Source: Terriglobia bacterium (GTDB lineage Bacteria > Acidobacteriota > Terriglobia > JAJPHL01 > JAPKYU01). Taken from it: a stretch of 64,000 nt of DNA. Shown here one piece after another: positions 30,433-39,553 of the stretch (its first letter is position 1; each line of letters starts with the position of its first letter). The notes beneath the pieces are model-generated. The model was not told where the DNA came from, did no database searches, and was given only the letters and a program-made list of their open reading frames with translations. A program made the position numbers and the translations under genes. The stretch spans positions 1,024,001 through 1,088,000 of the forward strand of contig CBDCVK010000010.1 of the NCBI GenBank assembly GCA_965223005.1. The letters are read 5' to 3'.

Positions 30433-32373
30433 TCATTCTGCTGGAACCTTGCGCTCGACCAGCTCCTGTGTCTCGGCGATGAACTGCTCCAGGCTGCGGC
30501 TGCCCAGGTCGCCGTGCCGCCGGTTCCGGACGCTGACGGTGCCCTCCCGCGCCTCCCGGTCGCCCACCACCAGCATATAGGGGACCTTCTGCAGCTGCGC
30601 CTCCCGAATCTTGAAGCTCACCTTCTCGTTTCGCTCATCGGGACGGGCGCGTAGCCCGGCCTCCTTCAGGCGGGCCGCCACCCGCCGGCCGTAGTCGTGG
30701 TGCCGGTCGCTGATGGGCAGCACCACAGCCTGCACCGGGGCCAGCCACAGCGGGAACGCCCCGGCGTAGTGTTCCAGTAGCACGCCGAAGAAGCGCTCCA
30801 CCGCCCCGTACAGGGCACGGTGCACCATCAGCGGCTGGTGCGGCTTGCCATCCTCAGCGATGTACTCGAGCCCGAAGCGGTGGGGCAGCGTAAAGTCAAA
30901 CTGGATGGTGCTGAGCTGCCACGGGCGGCCCAGCGCGTCCAGCAGCTTCAGGTCAATCTTGGGGCCGTAAAAGGCAGCCTCGTCGTGCATGATCTGGACG
31001 GAGATGCCACGCTCCTCTAGTGCCTGGCGCAACGCGGTTTCCGCCAGACGCCACTGCTCGGGGGTGCCGTCGTACTTACCCGAGGCGCCGTCATCCCAGG
31101 TGGACAGCTCCACCTGGTAGCGTTCGAAGCCGAAGGTATCGAGCACGTGGAGCGCGAAATCCAGGCAACCCACCACTTCGTCTTTGATCTGCTCCGGAGT
31201 GCAAAAGATGTGCGCGTCGTCCTGGGTGAAGCCGCGGACGCGGAGCAGCCCGTGCATCACTCCGCTGCGCTCGTAGCGGTAGACCGTTCCCAACTCGCCG
31301 AACCGGACCGGCAACTCGCGGTAACTGCGCAGTCGATCCTGGTAGATGAGGATGTGGAAGGGGCAGTTCATCGGCCGGAGCTGGTACTGGGCGTCCTCCA
31401 GCTCCATCGGGATGAACATGTTCTGGGCGTAGAAGTTGGTGTGCCCGCTCTTCTTCCACAGGTCCAGCCGGGCCACGTGCGGCGTGTACACCAGGTCATA
31501 GCCATGCTTCAGATACTCGTCCCGCATCCAATCTTCCATGATCTTGCGGACCAGGCTGCCCTTGGGATGCCAGAAGATCAGTCCTGGCCCGGCGGCCTCC
31601 TGGACGCTGAACAGGTCCAGCTCGCGTCCCAGCTTGCGGTGGTCTCGCCGGCGGGCCTCCTCCAGCCTGGCCAGATACTGTTCCAGCTCCTTGCGGGTGT
31701 AGAAGCTGGTCCCGTAGATGCGCTGCATCTGAGGGTTGTGCTCGTCGCCCTTCCAGTAGGCGCCGGCAACGGACAGCAGCTTGAAGGCCTTGATCTTGCC
31801 GGTCGAGGGAATGTGCGGCCCGCGGCAGAAATCAATGAAGTTCGGCCCCAACGTGTAGCAAGAAAACACATCTTCGGCCTTCTCATTGATCAGCTCGCAC
31901 TTCATCTGCTCGCCCATCCCTGCAAATTTCTTCAGACCCTCTTGCTTGGGGAATAGCAACCGGTCGTAGGGGAGATCCTTCTCGACCAGTTCCTGCATCT
32001 TCTTCTCGATCCGCTCCAGGTCCTGCTCGGTGAAGCGCTCGGAACGCTGGAAATCATAGAAGAATCCGGTGTCGGTGGGCGGGCCGATGCCCAGTTTGGT
32101 TTCCGGGAACAATTCCAGCACGGCGGCGGCCAGCAGGTGGGCGCTCGAATGGCGGTAGACTTCCAGTGCCTCTGGGTCTTTCTCGGTCAGGATTCGAAGC
32201 CGGGTATCCTGCTCCAGCGGGCGCTTCAGCTCTACCAGATTCCCGTTGACCTGGGCCACCAGCGCGGCCTGAGCCAGCCGTGGGCCCAGCGAGCGGGCTA
32301 CCTCCAGAGGGGTAGTGCCCTTTTCGCAATCCTGCCCACTGCCGTCGGGGAGAGTAACCTTGATCGTCGCCAT
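30433..32373 (-). CDS. thrS: Threonine--tRNA ligase
   Basis: TGS domain, RHSSAH, DFCRGPH, RDHRKLG, PMNCPFH, RVRGFTQDDAH, HRA. Confidence 0.99.
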   Translation of the reverse strand: MATIKVTLPDGSGQDCEKGTTPLEVARSLGPRLAQAALVAQVNGNLVELKRPLEQDTRLRILTEKDPEALEVYRHSSAHLLAAAVLELFPETKLGIGPPTDTGFFYDFQRSERFTEQDLERIEKKMQELVEKDLPYDRLLFPKQEGLKKFAGMGEQMKCELINEKAEDVFSCYTLGPNFIDFCRGPHIPSTGKIKAFKLLSVAGAYWKGDEHNPQMQRIYGTSFYTRKELEQYLARLEEARRRDHRKLGRELDLFSVQEAAGPGLIFWHPKGSLVRKIMEDWMRDEYLKHGYDLVYTPHVARLDLWKKSGHTNFYAQNMFIPMELEDAQYQLRPMNCPFHILIYQDRLRSYRELPVRFGELGTVYRYERSGVMHGLLRVRGFTQDDAHIFCTPEQIKDEVVGCLDFALHVLDTFGFERYQVELSTWDDGASGKYDGTPEQWRLAETALRQALEERGISVQIMHDEAAFYGPKIDLKLLDALGRPWQLSTIQFDFTLPHRFGLEYIAEDGKPHQPLMVHRALYGAVERFFGVLLEHYAGAFPLWLAPVQAVVLPISDRHHDYGRRVAARLKEAGLRARPDERNEKVSFKIREAQLQKVPYMLVVGDREAREGTVSVRNRRHGDLGSRSLEQFIAETQELVERKVPAE

Positions 32374-32516
32374 GTCCGATTCGTCTGAATGCGCGTAAGC
32401 CCCTTAAGGTATCAAAGATCGCCTGGCATGCGAAGTAGGAGGCACCCGCCGCCGGCGCTTCCGATCGGCATTGGCCAGGTATGATATAAGCTCCACGTTG
32501 CCGGCCTGAGCGTTCT

Positions 32517-34073
32517 ATGTTTCGGAAAGTGTTGATTGCTAATCGTGGCGAGATCGCGGTGCGCATCCTCCGCGCCTGCCGGGAGATGGGTATCGCAACC
32601 GTAGCCGTCTACTCGGAAGTGGACCGCGCGTCGCTTCACGTGCTGCGCGCCGACGAGGCCTACTCCATCGGCCCGGCGGCGGCCCCGGAAAGCTATCTGC
32701 GAATTGACCGCATCCTGGAGGTAGCCAAGCGGTCCGGCGCCGAGGCCGTCCATCCCGGCTACGGGTTCCTGGCCGAGAATCCGGAGCTGGCGCGAGCTTG
32801 CGAAGCGAGCGACATCGCGCTGGTTGGCCCTAGCTCGGCGGCCATGGATCTGATGGGCTCCAAGACGCGCTCCCGCCAAGCGATGAAGGCCGCTGGCGTC
32901 CCGGTGGTGCCCGGCACCCACTCGAGCGTGGAATCCACCGAGCAGGCGGCGTCCGTGGCTGCTGAGCTGGGCTACCCGGTGATGGTGAAAGCGGCGGGCG
33001 GCGGCGGCGGCAAGGGCATGCGTCTGGTTCAAGACGCTGCCGGATTGCCCGCGGCCTTCCGTGATGCGCGCTCGGAAGCGTTGAACGCCTTCAATGATGC
33101 GGAAGTGTACCTGGAGAAGTACCTGGAACGGCCGCGCCACATTGAAATTCAGGTGCTGGGCGACCTGCACAGCAATCTCGTGTATTTGGGCGAGCGCGAG
33201 TGCTCCATCCAGCGCCGCCACCAGAAGCTGGTGGAGGAATCCCCTTCCCCGCTCGTGGACGAGCCGCTGCGCAGGCGAATGGGGGAAGCGGCAGTCCGGG
33301 CGGCGCGTGCCGCCGACTACTGGAACGCCGGCACGGTGGAATTCCTGGTGGACCGCAATCGCAATTTTTATTTTCTTGAGATGAACACCCGGCTCCAGGT
33401 GGAGCACCCGGTCACAGAGATGGTTACCGGACTGGACCTGGTGAAGCTGCAACTGGCGGTAGCGGCCGGCGAGCCGCTCCCGTTTACCCAGAAACAGGTG
33501 CTGGCCGGACGGCATGGCGCGGCGCTCGAATGCCGGATTTACGCCGAAGACCCCGACAATCAGTTCTTTCCTTCTCCCGGCATGATCACCGAGCTGGTCG
33601 CTCCGGGCGGGCCGGGGGTGCGCGAGGATAGCGGCGTCTACCCCGGCTGGACGGTACCGGTCGAGTACGACTCACTCATCGCCAAGCTCATCACCTGGGG
33701 CCGTGACCGCGGTGAAGCCATCCAGCGCATGCGCCGCGCCCTGGACGAATATTTCATCGCGGGCATCAAGACCACCATTCCGTTTTTCAAGCGCCTGCTG
33801 GAAAATCGGGAGTTCGTGGCTGGCGAGTTGGATACCGGCCTGCTGGACCGGCTGCAGGCGGCCGCGCCGACCTCCGATCCAGGCAGGACTGCGGACCTTG
33901 CCGATATCGCCCTGATCGGTGCCGCGCTCTATGCCGCCGGGCGCAACAGTCGCGGGAATGGGCAAGGGCAAGGGAATACGTCACAGCGGGATTCGGGGTC
34001 GCGGACGAGCGCCTGGAGGCAACAAGGCCGACATGAGCTCATGCGCATCCCGGTTTTCAGATCGCGCAAGTAA
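32517..34073 (+). CDS. accC: Biotin carboxylase (acetyl/propionyl-CoA carboxylase)
   Basis: KVLIANRGEIA, HPGYGFLAEN, GGGGKGMR, ERECSIQRRHQK, EMNTRLQVEH. Confidence 0.93.
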   Translation: MFRKVLIANRGEIAVRILRACREMGIATVAVYSEVDRASLHVLRADEAYSIGPAAAPESYLRIDRILEVAKRSGAEAVHPGYGFLAENPELARACEASDIALVGPSSAAMDLMGSKTRSRQAMKAAGVPVVPGTHSSVESTEQAASVAAELGYPVMVKAAGGGGGKGMRLVQDAAGLPAAFRDARSEALNAFNDAEVYLEKYLERPRHIEIQVLGDLHSNLVYLGERECSIQRRHQKLVEESPSPLVDEPLRRRMGEAAVRAARAADYWNAGTVEFLVDRNRNFYFLEMNTRLQVEHPVTEMVTGLDLVKLQLAVAAGEPLPFTQKQVLAGRHGAALECRIYAEDPDNQFFPSPGMITELVAPGGPGVREDSGVYPGWTVPVEYDSLIAKLITWGRDRGEAIQRMRRALDEYFIAGIKTTIPFFKRLLENREFVAGELDTGLLDRLQAAAPTSDPGRTADLADIALIGAALYAAGRNSRGNGQGQGNTSQRDSGSRTSAWRQQGRHELMRIPVFRSRK

Positions 34074-34096
34074 AGCTCCGTCGTCGGTTTCTCTCT

Positions 34097-34858
34097 ATGG
34101 CTCCTGAAAGTTCTTCTCTGAAGGGGCGGGTGGCGGTGGTGACCGGAGCCAGCCGCGGGCTGGGCAAAGCTATGGCTGCAGCGCTGGCCGAAGCCAACGC
34201 CTCGGTGGTGCTGGTCAGCCGAGACCTCCAGACGCTGGAAAGAGTGGCGGGCGAACTGGCCGGCGGCGCGCGCCACCTCTGCTGCGCGGCCGACGTCGGG
34301 GACCCGGCCGGTGTGGACACGCTGGCCTCCCGCGTGCTGAACGAATTTGGCCGCGCCGACATCTTGATTAACAACGCCGGGACCGTTAGTCGCAAGACGC
34401 TCGAAGAATCTCCTTTCGAGGAGTGGCGGTCGGTCATCACCACAAACCTGTTCGGCCCCATGCTTTGCTCGAAAGCCTTCCTGGCGCCAATGGTCCGGCA
34501 GTCTTATGGGCGCATCCTGAACATTGCCTCCATCATGGCTCACATCGCAATGCCTGGACGCACCGCCTACTGCGCCAGTAAAGGTGGGTTGGTGGCGATG
34601 GCGCGGTCGCTCGCTCTTGAGTTAGCCCCACACGGCATCACCGTGAACAGCATCAGCCCAGGCCCGTTTGTCACTGAAATGACCCAGCCGCTGCGGGAGG
34701 ACGCAGTTAAGAACCAGGAGTTTGTCAGCAAGATTCCGCTGGGGCGCTGGGGCCGGGGAGGCGACATCGGCCCTCTAGTCGTGTACATGGCCTCCGAGGC
34801 CTCCGGCTTCATCACCGGCACCGACATCGTGATTGACGGCGGCTGGACAGCTAACTAG
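34097..34858 (+). CDS. SDR family oxidoreductase
   Basis: TGASRGLG, NNAG, YCASK, DGG. Confidence 0.93.
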   Translation: MAPESSSLKGRVAVVTGASRGLGKAMAAALAEANASVVLVSRDLQTLERVAGELAGGARHLCCAADVGDPAGVDTLASRVLNEFGRADILINNAGTVSRKTLEESPFEEWRSVITTNLFGPMLCSKAFLAPMVRQSYGRILNIASIMAHIAMPGRTAYCASKGGLVAMARSLALELAPHGITVNSISPGPFVTEMTQPLREDAVKNQEFVSKIPLGRWGRGGDIGPLVVYMASEASGFITGTDIVIDGGWTAN

Positions 34859-34904
34859 CGGCCCGCTCATAGCTTGCAGTCACCCGCGCGGAACGCCTGC
34901 TGGA

Positions 34905-34974
34905 GAGCTACGAGCCACAAGCTGCCGCCCACGGCGTGCAAGCTACGAACCACAGGCCACAAGCTACGGGCTAA
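34905..34974. repeat. About ten degenerate 7-nt units (aagctac/gagccac)
   Basis: Seen directly at the convergent SDR/VWA junction. Confidence 0.8.
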
Positions 34975-36154
34975 ACTGCGCGGAAGTCTTGGCTGGAGGT
35001 GCTGCGGGAAGGCTGCTGCCAGGAAAATAATAGCCCGGGCGGGTGCGCACCTTAACTTCAGGCCGATCCACGACCACCCTGATGCGGTGAAAGCCGGCCT
35101 GGTTGAGATTGTTCGGGCGGTAGGTAATCAGGTACTGGCTGCGCAGTTCTCGAGAAATCTCGCTCACCGCTCGCTCCACCGCACGACTGGAGAACCCGTC
35201 CAGGAGCACCGCGCCAGTCGATTTGGCAAATGCTTCCAACGGGTGATCCCAGAAGATGTTCTTCACGCCATGGAAGGCTTCCACCAGCAGGTTGCCAATG
35301 TTGACGGTGGGGCCGGTCGCCAGTTCCATAGAGGGCGTCGGCGGGATCCCGGGAATGGTGCCGGTGGCCCCTGGCGGGAAGCGCGAGGGAGGAGGTGGGG
35401 GTGGTTTCCGGGTCAATTGGGCGCGGACCGTGCTGAGTCCCACAGCATAAATAGAGATATTGGCCCGTTGTGCCTCCTGCATCACGAACCCTAAGTTCGC
35501 CTCACTGCCCATGTCGCGGCTTTCCGCAATAGCCAGAACCACTTTGCGCCGTCCCAGGGGACGAGTGCTGAGCATGGACAGGGCACGAACCATCGCATCG
35601 GTCAGCCGCGACTGCGAGCTGCCCGGCTTCAGATCCTTGAACACTTTCTCCACCCGTTCCGGGTCGCGAGTAAAGTTCTGAACCACCTCTACCCGGTGAT
35701 CAAACCTAATCAGGGCGGCCTCGTCATTTTCTCCGAGCAGCAGATTGGTGAACAGCGGTGCCGCCTTCTTCACCTGGGGAAGCAAAGGTTCCACCCGGGA
35801 GCTAACGCTAAGCAGGATGGCCACTGAAAGCGGCATCTCGGTCAACTGCACTTTGATCTGCTGGCGAATCGTGTTGTCGAACAGCAGAAAGTCTTCCGGC
35901 CTCAGGTTCAGTACGAATTCGTCGTACCCGTCGGTGACGGTGACCGGAGCCATTACCTCGGTTACTCCGACGCGGAAGGTGGGGATCCGCTGTTGGCTGT
36001 CTGGTGGTGGCGCCGCGGTTGGCGGCTTCGCTTCTGTGGGCGGTGTTTGCGCCGCAGCCGCCGCAGCCAATGCTACGCAGAGGCACAGCAGGGAGGGTAG
36101 CCGCCAGAAGCACTTCATCCCGACTATTCTACATTCATTTCGAGTGGGGTGCAC
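34964..36154 (-). CDS. VWA-domain protein (Acidobacteria VWFA-related type)
   Basis: PTFRV...VTVTD...FV.NL..EDF; STG; ELRSQYLITYRP...GFHRIRV...VRTRPGYY; true start may be the ATG of MKCFWR. Confidence 0.85.
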   Translation of the reverse strand: MHPTRNECRIVGMKCFWRLPSLLCLCVALAAAAAAQTPPTEAKPPTAAPPPDSQQRIPTFRVGVTEVMAPVTVTDGYDEFVLNLRPEDFLLFDNTIRQQIKVQLTEMPLSVAILLSVSSRVEPLLPQVKKAAPLFTNLLLGENDEAALIRFDHRVEVVQNFTRDPERVEKVFKDLKPGSSQSRLTDAMVRALSMLSTRPLGRRKVVLAIAESRDMGSEANLGFVMQEAQRANISIYAVGLSTVRAQLTRKPPPPPPSRFPPGATGTIPGIPPTPSMELATGPTVNIGNLLVEAFHGVKNIFWDHPLEAFAKSTGAVLLDGFSSRAVERAVSEISRELRSQYLITYRPNNLNQAGFHRIRVVVDRPEVKVRTRPGYYFPGSSLPAAPPAKTSAQFSP

Positions 36155-36391
36155 CTAGTTGCGGTGGGATTGATCGGCCAGGCGGGGGCGTCGCCGGCCC
36201 TGGGAGCTCATTGCGCTGCCTCTGCGCCAGCTGCGACAGGGATTTTTCCTGCTTGAAACGTCAGGACGAGCGCTTAGACTATACTCCCTTTGCCGGCGTG
36301 CCTGCGGGCAGCTTCCAGCCGCGCAGGGCACGCCAGGGGCTTCTGATCGTCGCGCAAAGCGAATGCAAATCCCGGAAAAGGAGAGCGAACC

Positions 36392-37786
36392 ATGGCACTC
36401 TTGAAACCTGACCCAACGTTTTACCCTTCCCCCAAGATGGCGATGCAGGCGCCAGCTGAAAAGCTGGCCTATCTGGCCCTGCTCAATCCGAAGCACAAAG
36501 GCCAGCACGACGCTATCGCGGTGGTGGATGTCGACCCTAAATCATCTAGCTATAGTCAGGTAGTTGGCCAGGTGGAGATGCCCAAAGCAGGCGATGAGCT
36601 TCACCACTTCGGCTGGAACGCCTGCAGCGCCTGCCTGTCCCCCTACGCGCCGCATGCCCATCTGGAACGGCGCTACCTCGTCGTTCCGGGCCTTCGCTCC
36701 TCCCGGATTCACGTCATTGACACGAAGCCTAACCCCCGGAAGCCGAAGATCGTCAAAGTGATTGAGCCGGAGACATTGGCGAAGCGCACGGGCTACAGCC
36801 GGCCGCACACGGTTCACTGTGGTCCGTGGGGTATCTACGTCAGCGCGCTCGGCTCACCGACCGGCGAAGGGCCCGGCGGTGTCTTCATGATGGACCAGGA
36901 CAACTTCGAGGTGCTGGGAAAGTGGGAGTTGGACCGTGGCCCCCAGTACCTGGCCTATGATTTCTGGTGGCATCTGGGCTACGACGCCATGGTCACCAGT
37001 GAGTGGGGCACGCCGAACATGATCGAACAGGGTGTGAACCCAGAGATCTTGCTCAAAGGTGGTTATGGCCACAAGCTCCACATCTTTGACTTAAACAAGC
37101 GGCGTCATCTGCAGGAGCTGGATTTGGGCGCCGAGTATCAGATGGCCTTGGAGCTTCGACCGGCCCACGACCCCACCAAAGCTTACGGTTTTCTGGGCGT
37201 GGTGGTCTCGCTCAAGGATCTTTCAGCGTCAATCTGGTTGTGGAACCTGGAGAACGGCAATTGGGGCGTGCGCAAGGTCATCGAGATCCCGGCCGAGCCA
37301 GCCGATCCGGACAAGCTGCCGCCGATGCTGAAAGACTTCAAGGCGGTGCCGCCGTTGGTGACCGACATCGATCTCTCTCTGGACGATCGCTTTCTCTACG
37401 TTTCCTGCTGGGGGACGGGTGAGTTCATCCAGTACGACGTGACGGATCCGTTCAACCCCAAGAAGACCGGCTCGGTGCATCTGGGTGGCATCGTGCGGCA
37501 CGCAGCGCACCCCAAGAAGCCCAAGCAGGCGCTGAATGGCGGGCCGCAGATGGTCGAAGTGAGTCGCGATGGCCGGCGGATCTACTTCACCAACTCTCTC
37601 TATGCTTCATGGGACGAGCAGTTCTATCCGGAAGGCATCCGAAGCTGGATGGTGAAGCTGAATGCCAAGCCGGAGGGTGGCATGGAGATTGACCCGCGCT
37701 TCTTCCTGGAGTTCAAGGAGTTGCGCAGCCATCAGGTCCGCCTGGAAGGCGGCGACGCTTCCTCGGACTCTTACTGCTACCCATGA
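36392..37786 (+). CDS. Selenium-binding protein SBP56 / methanethiol oxidase family
   Basis: GDELHHFGWNACS, RPHTVHCGP, YDFWW, SEWG, LSLDDRFLYVSCW, GGPQMVEVSRDGRRIY.TNSLY..WD.QFYP, GGDASSD. Confidence 0.93.
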   Translation: MALLKPDPTFYPSPKMAMQAPAEKLAYLALLNPKHKGQHDAIAVVDVDPKSSSYSQVVGQVEMPKAGDELHHFGWNACSACLSPYAPHAHLERRYLVVPGLRSSRIHVIDTKPNPRKPKIVKVIEPETLAKRTGYSRPHTVHCGPWGIYVSALGSPTGEGPGGVFMMDQDNFEVLGKWELDRGPQYLAYDFWWHLGYDAMVTSEWGTPNMIEQGVNPEILLKGGYGHKLHIFDLNKRRHLQELDLGAEYQMALELRPAHDPTKAYGFLGVVVSLKDLSASIWLWNLENGNWGVRKVIEIPAEPADPDKLPPMLKDFKAVPPLVTDIDLSLDDRFLYVSCWGTGEFIQYDVTDPFNPKKTGSVHLGGIVRHAAHPKKPKQALNGGPQMVEVSRDGRRIYFTNSLYASWDEQFYPEGIRSWMVKLNAKPEGGMEIDPRFFLEFKELRSHQVRLEGGDASSDSYCYP

Positions 37787-38436
37787 GCGAGGGGGCGTCG
37801 TGGGCCTGGCCCGCCTTGCTCCTGTTGGGCGCCTACCACGGCATTAATCCGGGCATGGGCTGGCTGTTCGCCGTCGCACTCGGGATGCAGGAGAAGAGCC
37901 GTGGAGCCGTCTGGCGGGCTTTGCCCCCCATTGCCCTGGGTCACGGTGTGGCGATCGGTCTGGTGCTGCTGGTCGCCGGGCTGGTCCAGGTGGTCGTGCC
38001 GCTGGCTTACCTGAAAATTCCAGTCGCCCTGCTCTTGTTTGCTTTCGGCCTGTATCGCTTTTTGCGCGGTCGTCACCCCCGGTGGGGCGGAATGCAGGTC
38101 GGGTTCCGCGACCTCACCATCTGGTCCTTTCTGATGGCCTCGGCTCACGGCGCCGGCTTCATGGTGCTGCCGGTTCTGCTCGCGATGCCTTCCGGAGAGG
38201 CCGCCGGACACTCCCTCGGGGGCCATCATCTCGGGGCGAGCGCCTTCCAGGGACCGTTGACAAGCCTGCTGGCGACGCTGGTTCACACCCTGGGCTATTT
38301 GCTTGTCACAGGACTGGTGGCCTGGCTGGTCTATGAGAAGCTCGGGCTGGCTCTGTTGCGGAAAGCCTGGCTGAATCTCGACCTGATATGGGCCTTCTCA
38401 CTGATGGCGACCGGCTGCCTGACACTGTTGATCTAG
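37783..38436 (+). CDS. His-rich membrane protein coupled to SBP56
   Basis: ATGA overlap with SBP56; GAYHGINPGMGWLFAVALG, WSFLMASAHGAG, W.NLD.IW; multiple TM helices. Confidence 0.85.
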   Translation: MSEGASWAWPALLLLGAYHGINPGMGWLFAVALGMQEKSRGAVWRALPPIALGHGVAIGLVLLVAGLVQVVVPLAYLKIPVALLLFAFGLYRFLRGRHPRWGGMQVGFRDLTIWSFLMASAHGAGFMVLPVLLAMPSGEAAGHSLGGHHLGASAFQGPLTSLLATLVHTLGYLLVTGLVAWLVYEKLGLALLRKAWLNLDLIWAFSLMATGCLTLLI

Positions 38437-38470
38437 CAGGGTGCTTCATCCAACTGCATCCAGCAAACTG

Positions 38471-38848
38471 CTAGTCGAGGATTGCCGTGCCCCAGGGGTT
38501 GTCGATCACCAATCGCCACGTCCCATCCGGTTGCCGTCGTGCAACGTCGGAGCTCGTCCCCGTCATGGTCAAGGGTTTGCCGTCCGGCCCGGTACCGTTC
38601 AGGGTCCACTTGACCAGTGACAGCGCGAGGTCACCGGCCGTGATCATTTCGCTTTTCTCCTGCGTCAACTTTGGCTTCATTCCCAGGAAGGCGCCCAGTG
38701 CCTCGCGCAGGGCGGCCATGCCGTGCGCCGTCTTGCCAGGCTCGGCGACAAGCGCGGCATTGGGCTCGTAGAGGGCCAACGTGGCATCGAGATCGCCCGC
38801 GTTGAAGGCGCGAAAGAATGCGTCGAGCAATGCTTGTGGAGTTGTCAC
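38471..38848 (-). CDS. NTF2/SnoaL-like (ketosteroid isomerase-like) protein
   Basis: FNAGDLDA..ALYEP.A, DVARRQPDGTWRLVIDNPWG; GTG start after GAGGAG (longer track ORF overlaps the tRNA). Confidence 0.85.
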   Translation of the reverse strand: MTTPQALLDAFFRAFNAGDLDATLALYEPNAALVAEPGKTAHGMAALREALGAFLGMKPKLTQEKSEMITAGDLALSLVKWTLNGTGPDGKPLTMTGTSSDVARRQPDGTWRLVIDNPWGTAILD

Positions 38849-38884
38849 TGACAGGCTTTCCTCCTCATCGTGTTTGTTAGGCAG

Positions 38885-38977
38885 TGGCGGTGAGGGAGGG
38901 ATTCGAACCCCCGGTCCCGGGGCTACCAGGACAGCCGCTTTCGAGGCGGCCCGATTAAACCACTCTCGCACCTCACC
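38885..38977 (-). tRNA. tRNA-Ser (anticodon CGA)
   Basis: GGTGAGG acceptor stem, GCCGC-CT-CGA-AA-GCGGC anticodon arm, long variable arm, GGTTCGAATCC T-loop, encoded CCA. Confidence 0.96.
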
Positions 38978-39002
38978 GCAAGGCGGGAACGGGCAGTCCG
39001 GT

Positions 39003-39461
39003 TCAGGAAAGGCGTTTCTGCTGAAAAAAGCTGCGGATCAACTCCGCGCATTCAGCGCTAAGAACCCCACCGGCGACCTCCACCCGGTGGTTCAGTCGGG
39101 TATCATCGGCCACCTGGTAGAGCGACCGAACCGCCCCGGCCTTGGGGTCGTCGCAGCCGTACACCAACCGTGCCAAGCGCGCCTGCACGGCCGCCCCGGC
39201 GCACATAACACACGGTTCGATTGTAACATACAGCGTACATAGGGGCAGGCGGTGGTTGCCCAGCCGCCGAGCGGCTTCGCGCAGTGCCAGGATTTCGGCG
39301 TGCGCCGTGGGATCGCGATCGGTGATGTTGCGGTTGTGGCCGCGTCCCACCACCTGGTTTTCCGAGACCACCACCGCTCCGACCGGGACCTCTCCTTCCC
39401 GCAGGGCGGCTTCGGCTTCCTCCAGCGCCAGGCGCATGAATTGCTCATCCACAGCTGCCAC
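39003..39461 (-). CDS. tadA: tRNA adenosine(34) deaminase
   Basis: EVPVGAV, DPTAHAE, TIEPCVMC, NHRVEV..G. Confidence 0.95.
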   Translation of the reverse strand: MAAVDEQFMRLALEEAEAALREGEVPVGAVVVSENQVVGRGHNRNITDRDPTAHAEILALREAARRLGNHRLPLCTLYVTIEPCVMCAGAAVQARLARLVYGCDDPKAGAVRSLYQVADDTRLNHRVEVAGGVLSAECAELIRSFFQQKRLS

Positions 39462-39508
39462 TCCAGGATTCTAGCGCGGCGGCCGCAGACATGGCGGGGA
39501 AAAGCGGG

Positions 39509-39532
39509 CCCCTCGCTGCGCTCGGGATGACA
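39509..39532. repeat. Half copy of a REP-like intergenic element (cccctcgctgcgctcgggatgaca)
   Basis: Resembles from memory a dispersed GTCATCCCGAGCGCAGCGAGGG-type repeat; only one copy in this window. Confidence 0.4.
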
Positions 39533-39553
39533 AAGGGAGCGGTGGGGGGAGCC

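Noticed and set aside
36392-38977. Genomic island integrated at tRNA-Ser
   Set aside because: No integrase and no duplicated tRNA 3' end found.
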